NCBI GenBank assembly: GCA_020057295.1
Contig: JAGVGF010000006.1
Location: 128,001 to 192,000 of the forward strand
Direction: 5' to 3'
Origin: an archaeon
GTDB lineage: Archaea > Nanobdellota > Nanobdellia > Woesearchaeales > UBA9642
DNA: 64,000 nucleotides
This document shows positions 39,207-49,633 of the stretch, one piece after another. The notes beneath the pieces are model-generated. The model was not told the DNA's origin. It made no database searches and worked only from the letters and a program-made list of their open reading frames with translations. The position numbers and the translations under genes were made by a program. The stretch's first letter is position 1; each line of letters opens with the position of its first letter.

Positions 39207-39908
39207 ATGAATAAATCAAAAATTCATAATAATACAATAATAACTCTATTCTCTATAACTCTTGCTATAATTATATTATTTGGATCGATGAATATCATAA
39301 TTTTTGATAAAGATTTCTATTATAGAGAGTATACAAAAAATGATGTTTACAGTAAAATTTCTACAAACAATCAAAATAATAATACAGCAGTAGACATAGC
39401 TCATAATGCTACGATTAATATTATGGATTATTTTCATGGAGATGCTGAACTAAAATATTTTACCAATGATGAAAAAAAACACATGGCAGATGTTAAGGTT
39501 CTAATTAATTTAATGACGACAATATATTATGCAGCAGTATTTTTATCTATAATACTTTTTGTTTATTGTTATGTCGCATTTAAGAAAGATAAATTCATGT
39601 TCGTTAAAATAATTACTCGCGCAATATTATATTCGTCTATATTTTTGATAATATCTTTGCTAATAATATTTTTATTGAGTGTATTTTATTTTGAATTATT
39701 ATTTGTGTTGTTTCATCTAATATTATTTCCTCAAGGAAATTGGACTTTTGACAGCACATCATTTTTGATAACTTTATTTCCACAACAGTTTTTCTTCGAT
39801 ATAACATTAAGAATTTTTGTGTATGCATTGTTTCAAGCAGCCTTATTCTTTGGCATCGGATGGTGGATTAATAAACATTTAAAGATTCATGAGAAACATC
39901 ACATCTAA
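39207..39908 (+). CDS. DUF1461/TIGR01906 (Lit-like) membrane protein
   Basis: EKKHMADVK, FHLILF...NWTFD...LITLFPQQFF. Confidence 0.8.
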   Translation: MNKSKIHNNTIITLFSITLAIIILFGSMNIIIFDKDFYYREYTKNDVYSKISTNNQNNNTAVDIAHNATINIMDYFHGDAELKYFTNDEKKHMADVKVLINLMTTIYYAAVFLSIILFVYCYVAFKKDKFMFVKIITRAILYSSIFLIISLLIIFLLSVFYFELLFVLFHLILFPQGNWTFDSTSFLITLFPQQFFFDITLRIFVYALFQAALFFGIGWWINKHLKIHEKHHI

Positions 39909-39955
39909 GTAAGTCAACACAACCTATTTAAACCCTTAATATTTCTGAAAGTATA

Positions 39956-40714
39956 ATGGATTGGACAATATTATACATACTGGTTAGCGTATTGCTTGTT
40001 AGCATAGTTTCTCTAATAGGGATATTCACATTTATTATAAGATCAAAAAATTTAGAAAAAATATTGTTATATATGATAAGTTTCTCCGTCGGAGCATTAT
40101 TTGGAGATGTATTCATCCATTTGCTTCCAGAAGCATTTAATGGAACAACAAACATGACAGTGATTGGAATATATATTCTCATCGGAATATTATTCTCATT
40201 TGCTGTAGAGAAATTTATTCATTGGAGACATTGTCACGTTCCAGATCAGAAAGGACATCATCACTCTTTTGCTTATATGAGCCTTGTTGGAGATAGTGTC
40301 CATAATTTCATTGATGGATTAATAATTGCTGGAGCATATATTGTTAGTATTCCCGTTGGAATTGCCACAACCATCGCTGTTGTTCTTCACGAAATACCTC
40401 AAGAAATAGGAGATTTTGGTGTGCTTTTACATGGAGGATTTTCAAAGTCTAGAGCATTGTTTTTCAATTTCTTAACAGCACTGACTGCAATCGTAGGAGC
40501 ATTAATTGGATTTTTAATGAGTGGAAGTGCAGAGTTGTTAGTATTTATTGTACCATTCGCAGCTGGAAATCTTATCTATATTGCTGGAACGGATTTAATA
40601 CCTCAATTACACGGAGATAGTTGTGAAAATATTACATTTGGAAAAAGCGTTGGACAACTATTATGTGTTATACTAGGAATTCTTGTAATGATGAGTATGT
40701 TACTTCTAGAATAA
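39956..40714 (+). CDS. ZIP-family metal transporter
   Basis: HNFIDG, LHEIPQEIGDF, His-rich loop. Confidence 0.93.
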   Translation: MDWTILYILVSVLLVSIVSLIGIFTFIIRSKNLEKILLYMISFSVGALFGDVFIHLLPEAFNGTTNMTVIGIYILIGILFSFAVEKFIHWRHCHVPDQKGHHHSFAYMSLVGDSVHNFIDGLIIAGAYIVSIPVGIATTIAVVLHEIPQEIGDFGVLLHGGFSKSRALFFNFLTALTAIVGALIGFLMSGSAELLVFIVPFAAGNLIYIAGTDLIPQLHGDSCENITFGKSVGQLLCVILGILVMMSMLLLE

Positions 40715-40752
40715 AGATTTAGAAAACATTGAAAATAAAAAAATAAAGGATC

Positions 40753-41304
40753 TTATAATCCACCGTATTTCTTCTTCGAATGTTTTTTCAAAGAGCTCAT
40801 GAGCATATCTCTCAACACTTTAGAATTTTGTGCATTCACACCATCTATATGCGCTACCACTCCTGAAGCTCCTCCAGCAGTTTCTAAATGTACATCATAT
40901 AATCCAAACATTCTATCTAAGAAATCCTGATCAACGTAAACATTCTGTATCTTCTCATACGGTAAAGATATTTCTATTCTTGAGATTACACCTTTCTTTA
41001 TTATTACTTCATCATGTGTCAAGTTGTAAAAATAGTATTTATAGTATAAAGACTGCCAAAGCACTGAAAGTCCAAACACTATGACTGCAAGAAGTATGAA
41101 TATTAGGAATATCACTCCTATCGCCGTGCCCACCCCGCCATAACTGGAATTGAATATCACATTTATCCCGAAAAAAAATGCGAAGAATACCAAGAATATC
41201 AGCCATCCAAACGCTGCACCTAGACTCTTCTTTAGTATCTTTATTTTTTCTAAAGGTATCTTACTACATGTTGTTCCTGGAGTACAATATATTTGATTGA
41301 CCAT
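40753..41304 (-). CDS. bPH_2 (bacterial PH domain) membrane protein
   Basis: Two TMs, then IKKGVI...PYEKIQNVYVDQ...RMFGLYDVHLETAG. Confidence 0.85.
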   Translation of the reverse strand: MVNQIYCTPGTTCSKIPLEKIKILKKSLGAAFGWLIFLVFFAFFFGINVIFNSSYGGVGTAIGVIFLIFILLAVIVFGLSVLWQSLYYKYYFYNLTHDEVIIKKGVISRIEISLPYEKIQNVYVDQDFLDRMFGLYDVHLETAGGASGVVAHIDGVNAQNSKVLRDMLMSSLKKHSKKKYGGL

Positions 41305-41369
41305 TATATCACCAACCGATATAAGTGCTGAAGTATTTATAAAAGTATTCCTTACCTTTTGCTATAGAA

Positions 41370-41855
41370 TTACTCTTTCCTAAACTCAGTAATTACTGGA
41401 TTTACAATATCGACATAAGATTCTGGATTCATTTCTATAGAATCTGTATGTGTTCCTGCACTGAATACTATCGATTCTCGCGTTAATAAACCTTCGTCAA
41501 AATATACTTGAATATTAAATAAAATTCCAAATGGTGGAACACTTCCAATAGTACATCCAGTCTCTCTTAGAACTTCATCTGGACTTGCAAGTGCAACATT
41601 TTTACTGTCTAGAAGAATCTTCAATTTTTTTAGATCTATTCTCTTGCTTGCTTGTATTACCGCTTGTATAAATACATAAGTTCCATCTTTTCTCTGTAAT
41701 TTACATATGATGGCTTTTGCTGCATCATCAAGATTTGTGTTTCTTATTGCAGCAGCATCCTGGCTTGTATGTACATGTTCATGAGTATAATGAACATATT
41801 TAGCATTATGTTTGTCTAATAATTCTTTTATTTGAAGAAATGTTGATGTAGCCAT
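41370..41855 (-). CDS. YbaK/ProX-family aminoacyl-tRNA deacylase
   Basis: AKAIICK, TGCTIGSVPPFG, FSAG. Confidence 0.9.
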   Translation of the reverse strand: MATSTFLQIKELLDKHNAKYVHYTHEHVHTSQDAAAIRNTNLDDAAKAIICKLQRKDGTYVFIQAVIQASKRIDLKKLKILLDSKNVALASPDEVLRETGCTIGSVPPFGILFNIQVYFDEGLLTRESIVFSAGTHTDSIEMNPESYVDIVNPVITEFRKE

Positions 41856-41901
41856 TTTAGAATTGTAATCGGTTAATTATTTTTGATTAATTATTTTATG
41901 T

Positions 41902-43662
41902 TTATTTCTCAACTTTCAGATGTAATTCTCGTCTTACTTTCTCGTCTATATCTGATGGACATCCATCCATTGGGCATTCGCCTTGTTTATTTTTTGGGAA
42001 TGCTATTACTTCTCTGATATCATTTGTTCCGCACATTAATGCTACTAGCCTATCCATTCCTGGCGCAAATCCTCCGTGCGGTGGAGCTCCGTACTTGAAT
42101 GCTTCTAATAAAAATCCGAATTTCTTCTCTGCATCTTCGATTGTTAATCCTATAACATTCATTACTCTTTCTTGAATATCTCTTCTATTGATTCTTATAC
42201 TTCCTGATGCTACTTCTACACCATTTAGTACTAAGTCATAGCATAATGCTCTTACTTTTCCTGGATCTGCATCTTTGCCATCTAAGTATTGTAGATGTTC
42301 TTCTTTTGGCATCGTGAATATATGATGTGCTGCATCCCATTTTTGGTCTTCAGAATTCCATTCGAATGATGGGAAATCATAAATCCATGCAAATGCAAAT
42401 GCTGATTCATCGTATAATTTTAGTTTCTTTGCAACTTCTTTTCTTATATTTGCAAGGGCATCATTACATGTTTTGAATTGATCAGCAACTATTAATATTG
42501 TAGATTTTTCTTTTGCATCTAATTCTCTTATCAGATTCATTTGTATTTCTGTTGATAAGTATTTTGCTGCGCTTCCTTCAAGTCTTAATTGTTTAGATGC
42601 TTCATCTGTTATTACTTTTAATACAACTAAACCTTTTGCTTTGTAGACTTTAGCAAGTTCTGTAAATTCATCAGTATCTTTCCGTGCAAATTCATGGTCT
42701 ATAGATAATGCTTTGATTATTCCAGAATCTTCAATTACATTTTTGAATACTGAAAATTCTGAATCTTTAACAACTTCTGTAACATCTTGTAAGAATAATT
42801 CATAACGTATGTCTGGTTTGTCACAACCGTATTTTAGCATTGAATCATCATATGCTATTCTAGGGAATGGTGTTTTTAGTTCGTAATTAATTGTCTTTTT
42901 GAAAATATTTTTCATTAATCCTTCGCCAACTGTAAATACATCTTCTTGGTGGCAGAATGACATTTCCACATCTATTTGTGTAAATTCTGGTTGTCTATCA
43001 GCTCTTAAATCTTCATCTCTTAAACATCTTGCAATTTGATAGTATCTATCAAATCCTGAAACCATTAAAATTTGTTTGTAAATTTGTGGACTTTGTGGAA
43101 GAGAATATGCTTTTCCAGGATTTACTCTTGATGGTACAATATAATCTCTAGCACCTTCTGGAGTACTTCGAATTAAAAGTGGTGTTTCTATTTCATAAAA
43201 TCCTTGACTATTCATGAATTCTCTAGTTGCTTGCATTGCTAAATGCTTCATTTTAATATTATGTTGCATTTGTGGCCTTCGTAAATCTAGATATCTATAT
43301 TTTAGTCTAGTTTCATCAGTATTATTTAAGGGATTATCTAAATCTAATGGAATAACTTCACAAGTATTTAGAACAGTTAATTCTTCTACAAACACTTCTA
43401 TAGTTCCTGTTTCTAATTTCTTATTTGCTTCAGGTTTTTTTCTTACTATTCCTTTTACTTGTATAACAAATTCTCTTCTTAGAGTTTTAACTTCAGGAAT
43501 ATCTTCAGTATTAACTGTTAATTGTGTAATACCATAACGATCTCTTAAGTCTAAGAATGCTAATCCGCCATGTAATCTTATAGAATGTACCCATCCCGAT
43601 AATGTTACATTCTTTCCAGAATCTGTTTCTCTTAGTTCATTACATGTATGTGTTCTATACAT
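41902..43662 (-). CDS. aspS: Aspartyl-tRNA synthetase, bacterial type with GAD insertion
   Basis: MYRTHTC, FLDLRD, PEGARDY, LPQSPQIYKQ, RDEDLRADRQPEFTQID, GAPPHGG; 586 aa. Confidence 0.96.
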   Translation of the reverse strand: MYRTHTCNELRETDSGKNVTLSGWVHSIRLHGGLAFLDLRDRYGITQLTVNTEDIPEVKTLRREFVIQVKGIVRKKPEANKKLETGTIEVFVEELTVLNTCEVIPLDLDNPLNNTDETRLKYRYLDLRRPQMQHNIKMKHLAMQATREFMNSQGFYEIETPLLIRSTPEGARDYIVPSRVNPGKAYSLPQSPQIYKQILMVSGFDRYYQIARCLRDEDLRADRQPEFTQIDVEMSFCHQEDVFTVGEGLMKNIFKKTINYELKTPFPRIAYDDSMLKYGCDKPDIRYELFLQDVTEVVKDSEFSVFKNVIEDSGIIKALSIDHEFARKDTDEFTELAKVYKAKGLVVLKVITDEASKQLRLEGSAAKYLSTEIQMNLIRELDAKEKSTILIVADQFKTCNDALANIRKEVAKKLKLYDESAFAFAWIYDFPSFEWNSEDQKWDAAHHIFTMPKEEHLQYLDGKDADPGKVRALCYDLVLNGVEVASGSIRINRRDIQERVMNVIGLTIEDAEKKFGFLLEAFKYGAPPHGGFAPGMDRLVALMCGTNDIREVIAFPKNKQGECPMDGCPSDIDEKVRRELHLKVEK

Positions 43663-43820
43663 ATTAATGAATATTTTACTCTGATTTTTAAAGTTTGTTG
43701 AAAAACATTAAATGAAAATACTAAGGGTACAACTATATAATAACAATATTTATTAATCCTTAGCATCAGATTACACGTTAAGGTATATTTTAATATACTA
43801 AGAAAATTTGGAGGGATAAA

Positions 43821-44420
43821 ATGGCTGGTGAAACATTACCAATTGACGCTGTAGGAGCTACTGCTGGTGGACAAGGTCTTGAAGCAATTATTTTAGTGAT
43901 AGCAGCACTGATATTTGTTGCAATAGTTGTAGGTGTAGCATTATATGTATATACTGCAATGGCATGGATGCGTATTGCAAAAAAAACAAATACTGAACCT
44001 GCATGGCTTGCATGGATACCAATAGCTAATATTGTATTGATTAGCAGGGTCGCTAGAATGCATTGGTGGCCAATATTATTATTAATACCAGGAATGATAT
44101 TTTCAATATTTAATACAATATATCCTGAGACAATAATATTCTTAATATTGTATGTAGTAAGTGTATTGCTTTATGGAATATTCCACGCTATTTGGATGTG
44201 GAAAACATTCGAAAGAGTTGGTAGACCTGGATGGTGGGCAATAATAACATTTGCATTTGCAGCACTATCTACACCATTTTTAGCAATGGAAATTCCTGGA
44301 CTAACTATGCTTTTAGGTATAACATTAGCAGTTATTGGAACTGCATTATCGCTTGTATTCTTAGGCTTCGCTGCCTGGGGAGATAAGGGCGTAACTAAAG
44401 CAAAAAAATCTAGAAAGTAG
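43821..44420 (+). CDS. Multi-pass membrane protein (DUF5684-like)
   Basis: IAKK...AWLAWIPIAN and FERVGRPGWWA repeats. Confidence 0.65.
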   Translation: MAGETLPIDAVGATAGGQGLEAIILVIAALIFVAIVVGVALYVYTAMAWMRIAKKTNTEPAWLAWIPIANIVLISRVARMHWWPILLLIPGMIFSIFNTIYPETIIFLILYVVSVLLYGIFHAIWMWKTFERVGRPGWWAIITFAFAALSTPFLAMEIPGLTMLLGITLAVIGTALSLVFLGFAAWGDKGVTKAKKSRK

Positions 44421-44477
44421 AAAAAGATTATTTTTTATTTTTTTATAATTTTTAATTTCTCAGAAAATTTTACTAAA

Positions 44478-45044
44478 TTATTTCTTCATTATGTCATGTA
44501 ATAATTCTTCAACTTTTTGTAAATTCCATTTTATTGCATCGCCTTTCTTTCGTAACTCTCCATTTCGTAAATCCAGTCTTGCAAATGCACCGTATATTTC
44601 GTCAACTAATTCTCTTATAGCTTTAACTTCATTCTTGTTTTTTGCTATCGCTTCAAGTACTGATCTTCTTCCTAACTCGCCTGTTAAATCGCTTAATCCT
44701 GCAAGATAAATGTAGGGATCTAAATCTAGTTCTTTGTATGTGGGTAATTTTTTGTCTTTGATGAATCCATAGAAACAGCATGCTTCACAATATTCTTCCA
44801 ACGCATTATCCATGCTTCCTTTAAGTGTTGAATGTTTGTCAACAATTCTTTTTAGAGTGATTATAAGTTTTTTTGCTTCATCTAACAATTTTTTGGCTTG
44901 ATCTAATTCTTTACGATGTAAAGAGTATATAGCTGACTTACTATTTTTTAATATTATCCTTGATGTAGCAATGATTATTTCTCTCTGTGCATCTTCTTCT
45001 TTCATATACGCTTCTATTTCCTTGAATGATTTTTGGTCTAACAT
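44478..45044 (-). CDS. Translin/TRAX (C3PO) family protein
   Basis: EEYCEA, YLAGLSDLTGELGR, LRKKGD. Confidence 0.9.
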   Translation of the reverse strand: MLDQKSFKEIEAYMKEEDAQREIIIATSRIILKNSKSAIYSLHRKELDQAKKLLDEAKKLIITLKRIVDKHSTLKGSMDNALEEYCEACCFYGFIKDKKLPTYKELDLDPYIYLAGLSDLTGELGRRSVLEAIAKNKNEVKAIRELVDEIYGAFARLDLRNGELRKKGDAIKWNLQKVEELLHDIMKK

Positions 45045-45107
45045 AGTATTTGTTAATTAATTATTTTAGAAATGATATGTATATTTAAATTTATCTTCTA
45101 CTCATCA

Positions 45108-45509
45108 TCAGTTTGCAAGTACTTCGTTCGGAGTAGTTTGATTAAAATATTCGCATCCTGTGACACAAGTCACATCTCCTGTTTGTCCGCTAATCTTTAA
45201 TAGTACTTGTGTAAATTTTCCTGTGTCAGGGTTCGTGAATAACACATTAGAATACCATGTAGAATTTTTACTGTACATGTTTACACGCGTATAACTATTA
45301 TGTTTAGCTATGGCTACAGCATTTCCGAAATTATCTGTAGCTCTTCCAGCAGTATCTTCTTGAACCACTAATGAAGGCAATACAGGACATTTACTTGAAT
45401 CCTTCTGTACACTTCCTTCGTAACATACATACTTAGTACATCCTGTAATTATTATTAAAGTCAGAATAATCGATAGAATTAATGGTAATTTCGACATGTG
45501 TTTATTCAT
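45108..45509 (-). CDS. Hypothetical lipoprotein
   Basis: Hydrophobic signal ending ITGC; Cys pairs. Confidence 0.65.
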   Translation of the reverse strand: MNKHMSKLPLILSIILTLIIITGCTKYVCYEGSVQKDSSKCPVLPSLVVQEDTAGRATDNFGNAVAIAKHNSYTRVNMYSKNSTWYSNVLFTNPDTGKFTQVLLKISGQTGDVTCVTGCEYFNQTTPNEVLAN

Positions 45510-45630
45510 AATATCATCACTTAATCATTAAGGTAAGAGTTTTTTATAAATTTATTGGAATTAGTAATTCTTTGATAGTATTTAGTCCTCTGTAATAATC
45601 AAAAGATTTATATATAAATTCTTTACTAAA

Positions 45631-46218
45631 TTGAGTATCATGACAGTATTCGGTGATAGTATAAACTTTTTAGTAAAGCTTGGCATCTACGATATAGTCT
45701 TGCCGTTCCTCTTAGTTTTTGTACTTGTTTTTGCACTTTTAGAGAAAACTAAAGCACTAGGAACTGAAAGAGCTCGTGACGACAAAGGCGAATATCAAGA
45801 ATATACTAAGAAGAACCTTAATGCTATGGTAGCGTTTGTTACTGGATTCTTTGTAGTAGCAAGTTCTCAACTTGTTTCCGTAATCAATAGAAGTTTATCA
45901 CAAATATTCTTATTATTATTACTTGTTATATGTTTCTTGATGGTTGCAGGAGCATTACATCAACAGACTAAGGAAGGATTCTTCCTTGATCCTAAGAAAC
46001 ACGGATTTTATTACGGTGCATTTATGGTTATAGTATTTGGAGGCATCATTGCTATATTCCTTAATTCTTTAGGTTGGCTTGATCTTGTGTATAACTTTTT
46101 AAAGGATAACTGGAATACAGATTATATTGCGTCAGTAATATTTATAATTATTATAGTAGGATTTATGGCTTGGATTATGAGTGATCCTAAACCTAAACCC
46201 GAAGAGAAAAAAGATTAA
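45631..46218 (+). CDS. Membrane protein, paralog 1 of a tandem triplet
   Basis: LPFLLVFVLVFALLEKTK...NAMVAFV; about five TMs. Confidence 0.8.
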   Translation: MSIMTVFGDSINFLVKLGIYDIVLPFLLVFVLVFALLEKTKALGTERARDDKGEYQEYTKKNLNAMVAFVTGFFVVASSQLVSVINRSLSQIFLLLLLVICFLMVAGALHQQTKEGFFLDPKKHGFYYGAFMVIVFGGIIAIFLNSLGWLDLVYNFLKDNWNTDYIASVIFIIIIVGFMAWIMSDPKPKPEEKKD

Positions 46219-46229
46219 AAGGTGAAATT

Positions 46230-46880
46230 ATGGCATACTACGGTACTGGTTATTATGGTAGTGGTTCTGGAGGAATTTTTGCTCAAGGAATCTTTAAATT
46301 ACAAGAGATGGGTATTGCAGATGTCATTCTACCATTCATTCTAGTATTCACAATCGTTTTTGCTGTAATGCAGAAGACTAAAATTTTAGGCACAGAGAAA
46401 GTTGGTACTGAGGATAAACCTCGAAAGAATTTTAACGCAGTTATTGCTTTAGTTATGGCTCTTGCTGTAATCATACCTCACGTTACTGGAACATATCCTA
46501 GTCCTGAATCTGATGTTGTAAACATTATGAATCAGGCTTTGCCTAATGTTTCTGTTGTATTAATTGCTGTAATTATGATGTTACTTATCATAGGAGTATT
46601 TGGTGGCGATGTGAGTATTGCTAAGACTTCACTTGCTGGATGGGCTGTTGTGTTCTCTGTACTCGCTACAATATTTATCTTCGGTAGTGCTGCTAATTGG
46701 TACAACTTGCCGAATTGGCTTTACTTCCTAAACGATTCAGACACTCAAGCACTTATAGTGATTATACTCGTATTTGCAATACTGATATGGTTCATTACTA
46801 AAGAAGATAAACCTAAAGATCCTAAAAAATACGGTGGTATTGAAGATCTTGGTAGAATCATGGGTTACAAAAAGGATTAA
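46230..46880 (+). CDS. Membrane protein, paralog 2
   Basis: LPFILVFTIVFAVMQKTK...NAVIALV. Confidence 0.8.
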   Translation: MAYYGTGYYGSGSGGIFAQGIFKLQEMGIADVILPFILVFTIVFAVMQKTKILGTEKVGTEDKPRKNFNAVIALVMALAVIIPHVTGTYPSPESDVVNIMNQALPNVSVVLIAVIMMLLIIGVFGGDVSIAKTSLAGWAVVFSVLATIFIFGSAANWYNLPNWLYFLNDSDTQALIVIILVFAILIWFITKEDKPKDPKKYGGIEDLGRIMGYKKD

Positions 46881-46882
46881 TC

Positions 46883-47464
46883 ATGGCAACATTTATTGAT
46901 ATAAGCATTATTAAGAACTTCACAACAATATTTACGTTCTTATTAGTGTTTGTTATAATCTACGGCTTATTAGAAATGTTTAACGTATTTGGTGAAGGCC
47001 GTAAGAGTATTCATGCAATTATTGCTATGGTTATCGCATTCTTAGTCAGTGTATCTAGTGGTGTATTGACTGTTATTCAAACATTCACACCGTGGTTTGT
47101 AATATTAATTTTATTTATATTTTTTATACTTTTTGCTGTTAGAATGTTTGGTGTTAGTGGTGAGAGTATTACTAAGGCATTTCATAACAAGAGCGCAATA
47201 CTTACATGGGTAATAATAATTACTGTACTAATATTATTATTCTCTTTAGGAGCAGGTTTTGGTCAACAAACTTTAGACCAAGGTCAAACAGGCGGTAAAG
47301 TTACTAGTGTTGCTACTGGTAATCAGACTGCGCCAACTGATAGTGGTGATTTTAGTCAGAATTTATATAATACTATCTATCATCCTAAAGTTTTAGGATT
47401 AATATTGGTAATGTTGATAGTTGTTGTTTCTATGTTATTATTGACGGATGCTGAAGGACCATAA
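46883..47464 (+). CDS. Membrane protein, paralog 3
   Basis: FTFLLVFVIIYGLL...HAIIAMV. Confidence 0.8.
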   Translation: MATFIDISIIKNFTTIFTFLLVFVIIYGLLEMFNVFGEGRKSIHAIIAMVIAFLVSVSSGVLTVIQTFTPWFVILILFIFFILFAVRMFGVSGESITKAFHNKSAILTWVIIITVLILLFSLGAGFGQQTLDQGQTGGKVTSVATGNQTAPTDSGDFSQNLYNTIYHPKVLGLILVMLIVVVSMLLLTDAEGP

Positions 47465-47468
47465 GAAT

Positions 47469-49571
47469 TTATTTTTGTAAAATCATTTTTATTGTTTTTA
47501 CGTATGGTTTTTCTGTTCCTGTTGTTGGATTTACTGTCATTCTTAATAAATATAATCCGCTGCTTAATCCATTCCCATTTATTTGTTCTGTATAAGTTCC
47601 ACTTGATTGTATTCCTTCATCTATTTCTCTAACTAATTGTCCTAATGTATTATATAATCCTAATTTTACATGAGCATTCTGCTTTAGAGAGTATTGAATA
47701 TTTGTTGTTGGATTAAATGGATTAGGATAATTTTGTAATAATTCATAATTTTTAGGAACTGACTCGTCTATTCTAACACTTGTTAATGTTTTTGCTGTTA
47801 CTATCTTGCTAGTGTTTGATGCTACAACAGTATCTATGCCATCAGTAACTTTTCCAGTAAAAATATATGTTGTATTAGGTTCCAAAATATTTGATGGAAT
47901 TGTTAATTTTGTATTTTTTGTAATTATTACTGAATCTATTTTTCCACCCTTCATATTAATAATATATCTTAGCGTATCTGTATCTACTGAAGGATTCCAA
48001 TCTCTAACAACATCTACATTTGCATACTTTACAGTATCTGATACTTCCTTGAAACTCCAAGCAGATGGAGGAATATTTGCTGTTGTGAATGTTACAACGT
48101 TGGTTGCGTTTACTGTATCTATTCCATCTGTAACTTTTCCTTCGAGAGTGTATGAAGTGTTTGGTTTTAATAATGTTGAATCTATTAATACATTTCCAGA
48201 ATTATTTTTTACTTTGAAAATGAGATCTAAATCCGGACCAAAAACTCTTATTAGTCCTTTTAATGAATCACCGTCTGCATCTAAGGAAAAATTTGGTGTA
48301 TATATCACAGGTAGTTTCCCATTGGTAAATGTTGCTTTTGAATTATTTAATGGACTTATAATTGTAATAGGTTCTGGTGAAGTGTTCTTTGTTGTAAATT
48401 TTACAAATGGCGACCATGCACCTGCTCCTTTTGATCCAATGGTTCTTGTTCTTGTATAATATGTTGTATGTGCGTTACCGTTGAATGTTTTTGTTGTTCT
48501 GTCCATTGTTGAATCTTCTAATAATGGAACTGTTGTCGTATCCTTGAAGATTTGTAAATGATATCTTACTGCATTACTGTCTTTACTAGCAATAATATCT
48601 ACTAATTTATCTACAGTAGAATTATTAGATGGACTTGTTATAAGTCCAGAATTTGGAATTACAGGTTCGACAAAATCAGTCATATTGCCCATGAATAAAT
48701 CTTGTTGTTTGTCTCTCTTACGGAAATGTTGATCTAATGTTAAAGCAAGATAACTTCCATCAATTGGTTGCCATCCAGGATTAGACTGAACCGAAGGATC
48801 TGAATTAGATGGAACGGGTAAAGGAGGTATAGCAGGCCATCCATTATATGCCTTAACTATTTCGTGATTTATTCTCCAAATTTGAGAAGCTCCAATTTGA
48901 GAAGAGCCTTTGAATACTATACGATTTATATTATAATTTATACTACTAAAATTAGTTCCGGCATTCATAAATATCGTAAATGTTGTATCAGGGCTAGAAT
49001 TACTTGAAACAAAATTATACAAAGAATATCCTGTACTTCTCTCCATCGTATCTTTTGCAGCAATAATAGCCAAACTGTCTAGTCTTACTAATGTACTATC
49101 ACTTGAAAAATTTTCTATTCTTGTATTTACAGGATTTATTTGAGACCAGTGCGGAGGATCTTTATTTTTTGATACGTCATAAAGTCTCATCCACCATTCT
49201 GACACTAATGAATCTTTTCCCCACGGTCCCTCTCTTATTGTTTTTGGTGTTGCAAGCCATATTGTTGTATCGTTTGTAATATTCATATTTTGTTCAAATG
49301 TTTTATAATCTTGATGAGATAGTTTTACTGAATGTGTTCCTCCAGGTATTTTTGTAAAAGAAGAGTTACCATTCACGTCAGAAGATCTTGTATATTGTCC
49401 CTTATCTAAAGAAACAACGGCACCAGAAATAGGATTTCCTGCTCCATGTTTTAACTCTGTAACTTTAAAATTTACGTTAAATGTTTGTGCGAGAACGTTT
49501 GTTGTAAACATAGCTCCAGCTAATAAAGATAATCCTAATATCTTCGTCTTACGAACAATATTTTCAAGCAT
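47469..49571 (-). CDS. Secreted protein: carboxypeptidase-regulatory-like domain, metzincin-like domain, Fn3/Ig repeats, T9SS type A C-terminal sorting domain
   Basis: Signal peptide ending VLA-Q; CTD YELLQNYPNPFNPTTNIQY...YNTLGQLV...LSSGLYLLRM...KMILQK. Confidence 0.85.
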   Translation of the reverse strand: MLENIVRKTKILGLSLLAGAMFTTNVLAQTFNVNFKVTELKHGAGNPISGAVVSLDKGQYTRSSDVNGNSSFTKIPGGTHSVKLSHQDYKTFEQNMNITNDTTIWLATPKTIREGPWGKDSLVSEWWMRLYDVSKNKDPPHWSQINPVNTRIENFSSDSTLVRLDSLAIIAAKDTMERSTGYSLYNFVSSNSSPDTTFTIFMNAGTNFSSINYNINRIVFKGSSQIGASQIWRINHEIVKAYNGWPAIPPLPVPSNSDPSVQSNPGWQPIDGSYLALTLDQHFRKRDKQQDLFMGNMTDFVEPVIPNSGLITSPSNNSTVDKLVDIIASKDSNAVRYHLQIFKDTTTVPLLEDSTMDRTTKTFNGNAHTTYYTRTRTIGSKGAGAWSPFVKFTTKNTSPEPITIISPLNNSKATFTNGKLPVIYTPNFSLDADGDSLKGLIRVFGPDLDLIFKVKNNSGNVLIDSTLLKPNTSYTLEGKVTDGIDTVNATNVVTFTTANIPPSAWSFKEVSDTVKYANVDVVRDWNPSVDTDTLRYIINMKGGKIDSVIITKNTKLTIPSNILEPNTTYIFTGKVTDGIDTVVASNTSKIVTAKTLTSVRIDESVPKNYELLQNYPNPFNPTTNIQYSLKQNAHVKLGLYNTLGQLVREIDEGIQSSGTYTEQINGNGLSSGLYLLRMTVNPTTGTEKPYVKTIKMILQK

Positions 49572-49633
49572 AATATACCATAGAATAATAGGTTTATAAA
49601 TTTTACGCTTGTTACCACCTAACAGTTACTAAT

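Noticed and set aside
47806-48459. 217-aa plus-strand ORF and similar antisense ORFs (30719-31243, 33948-34388, 36370-36912, 13251-13685)
   Set aside because: Shadow ORFs opposite well-supported genes, with no motifs
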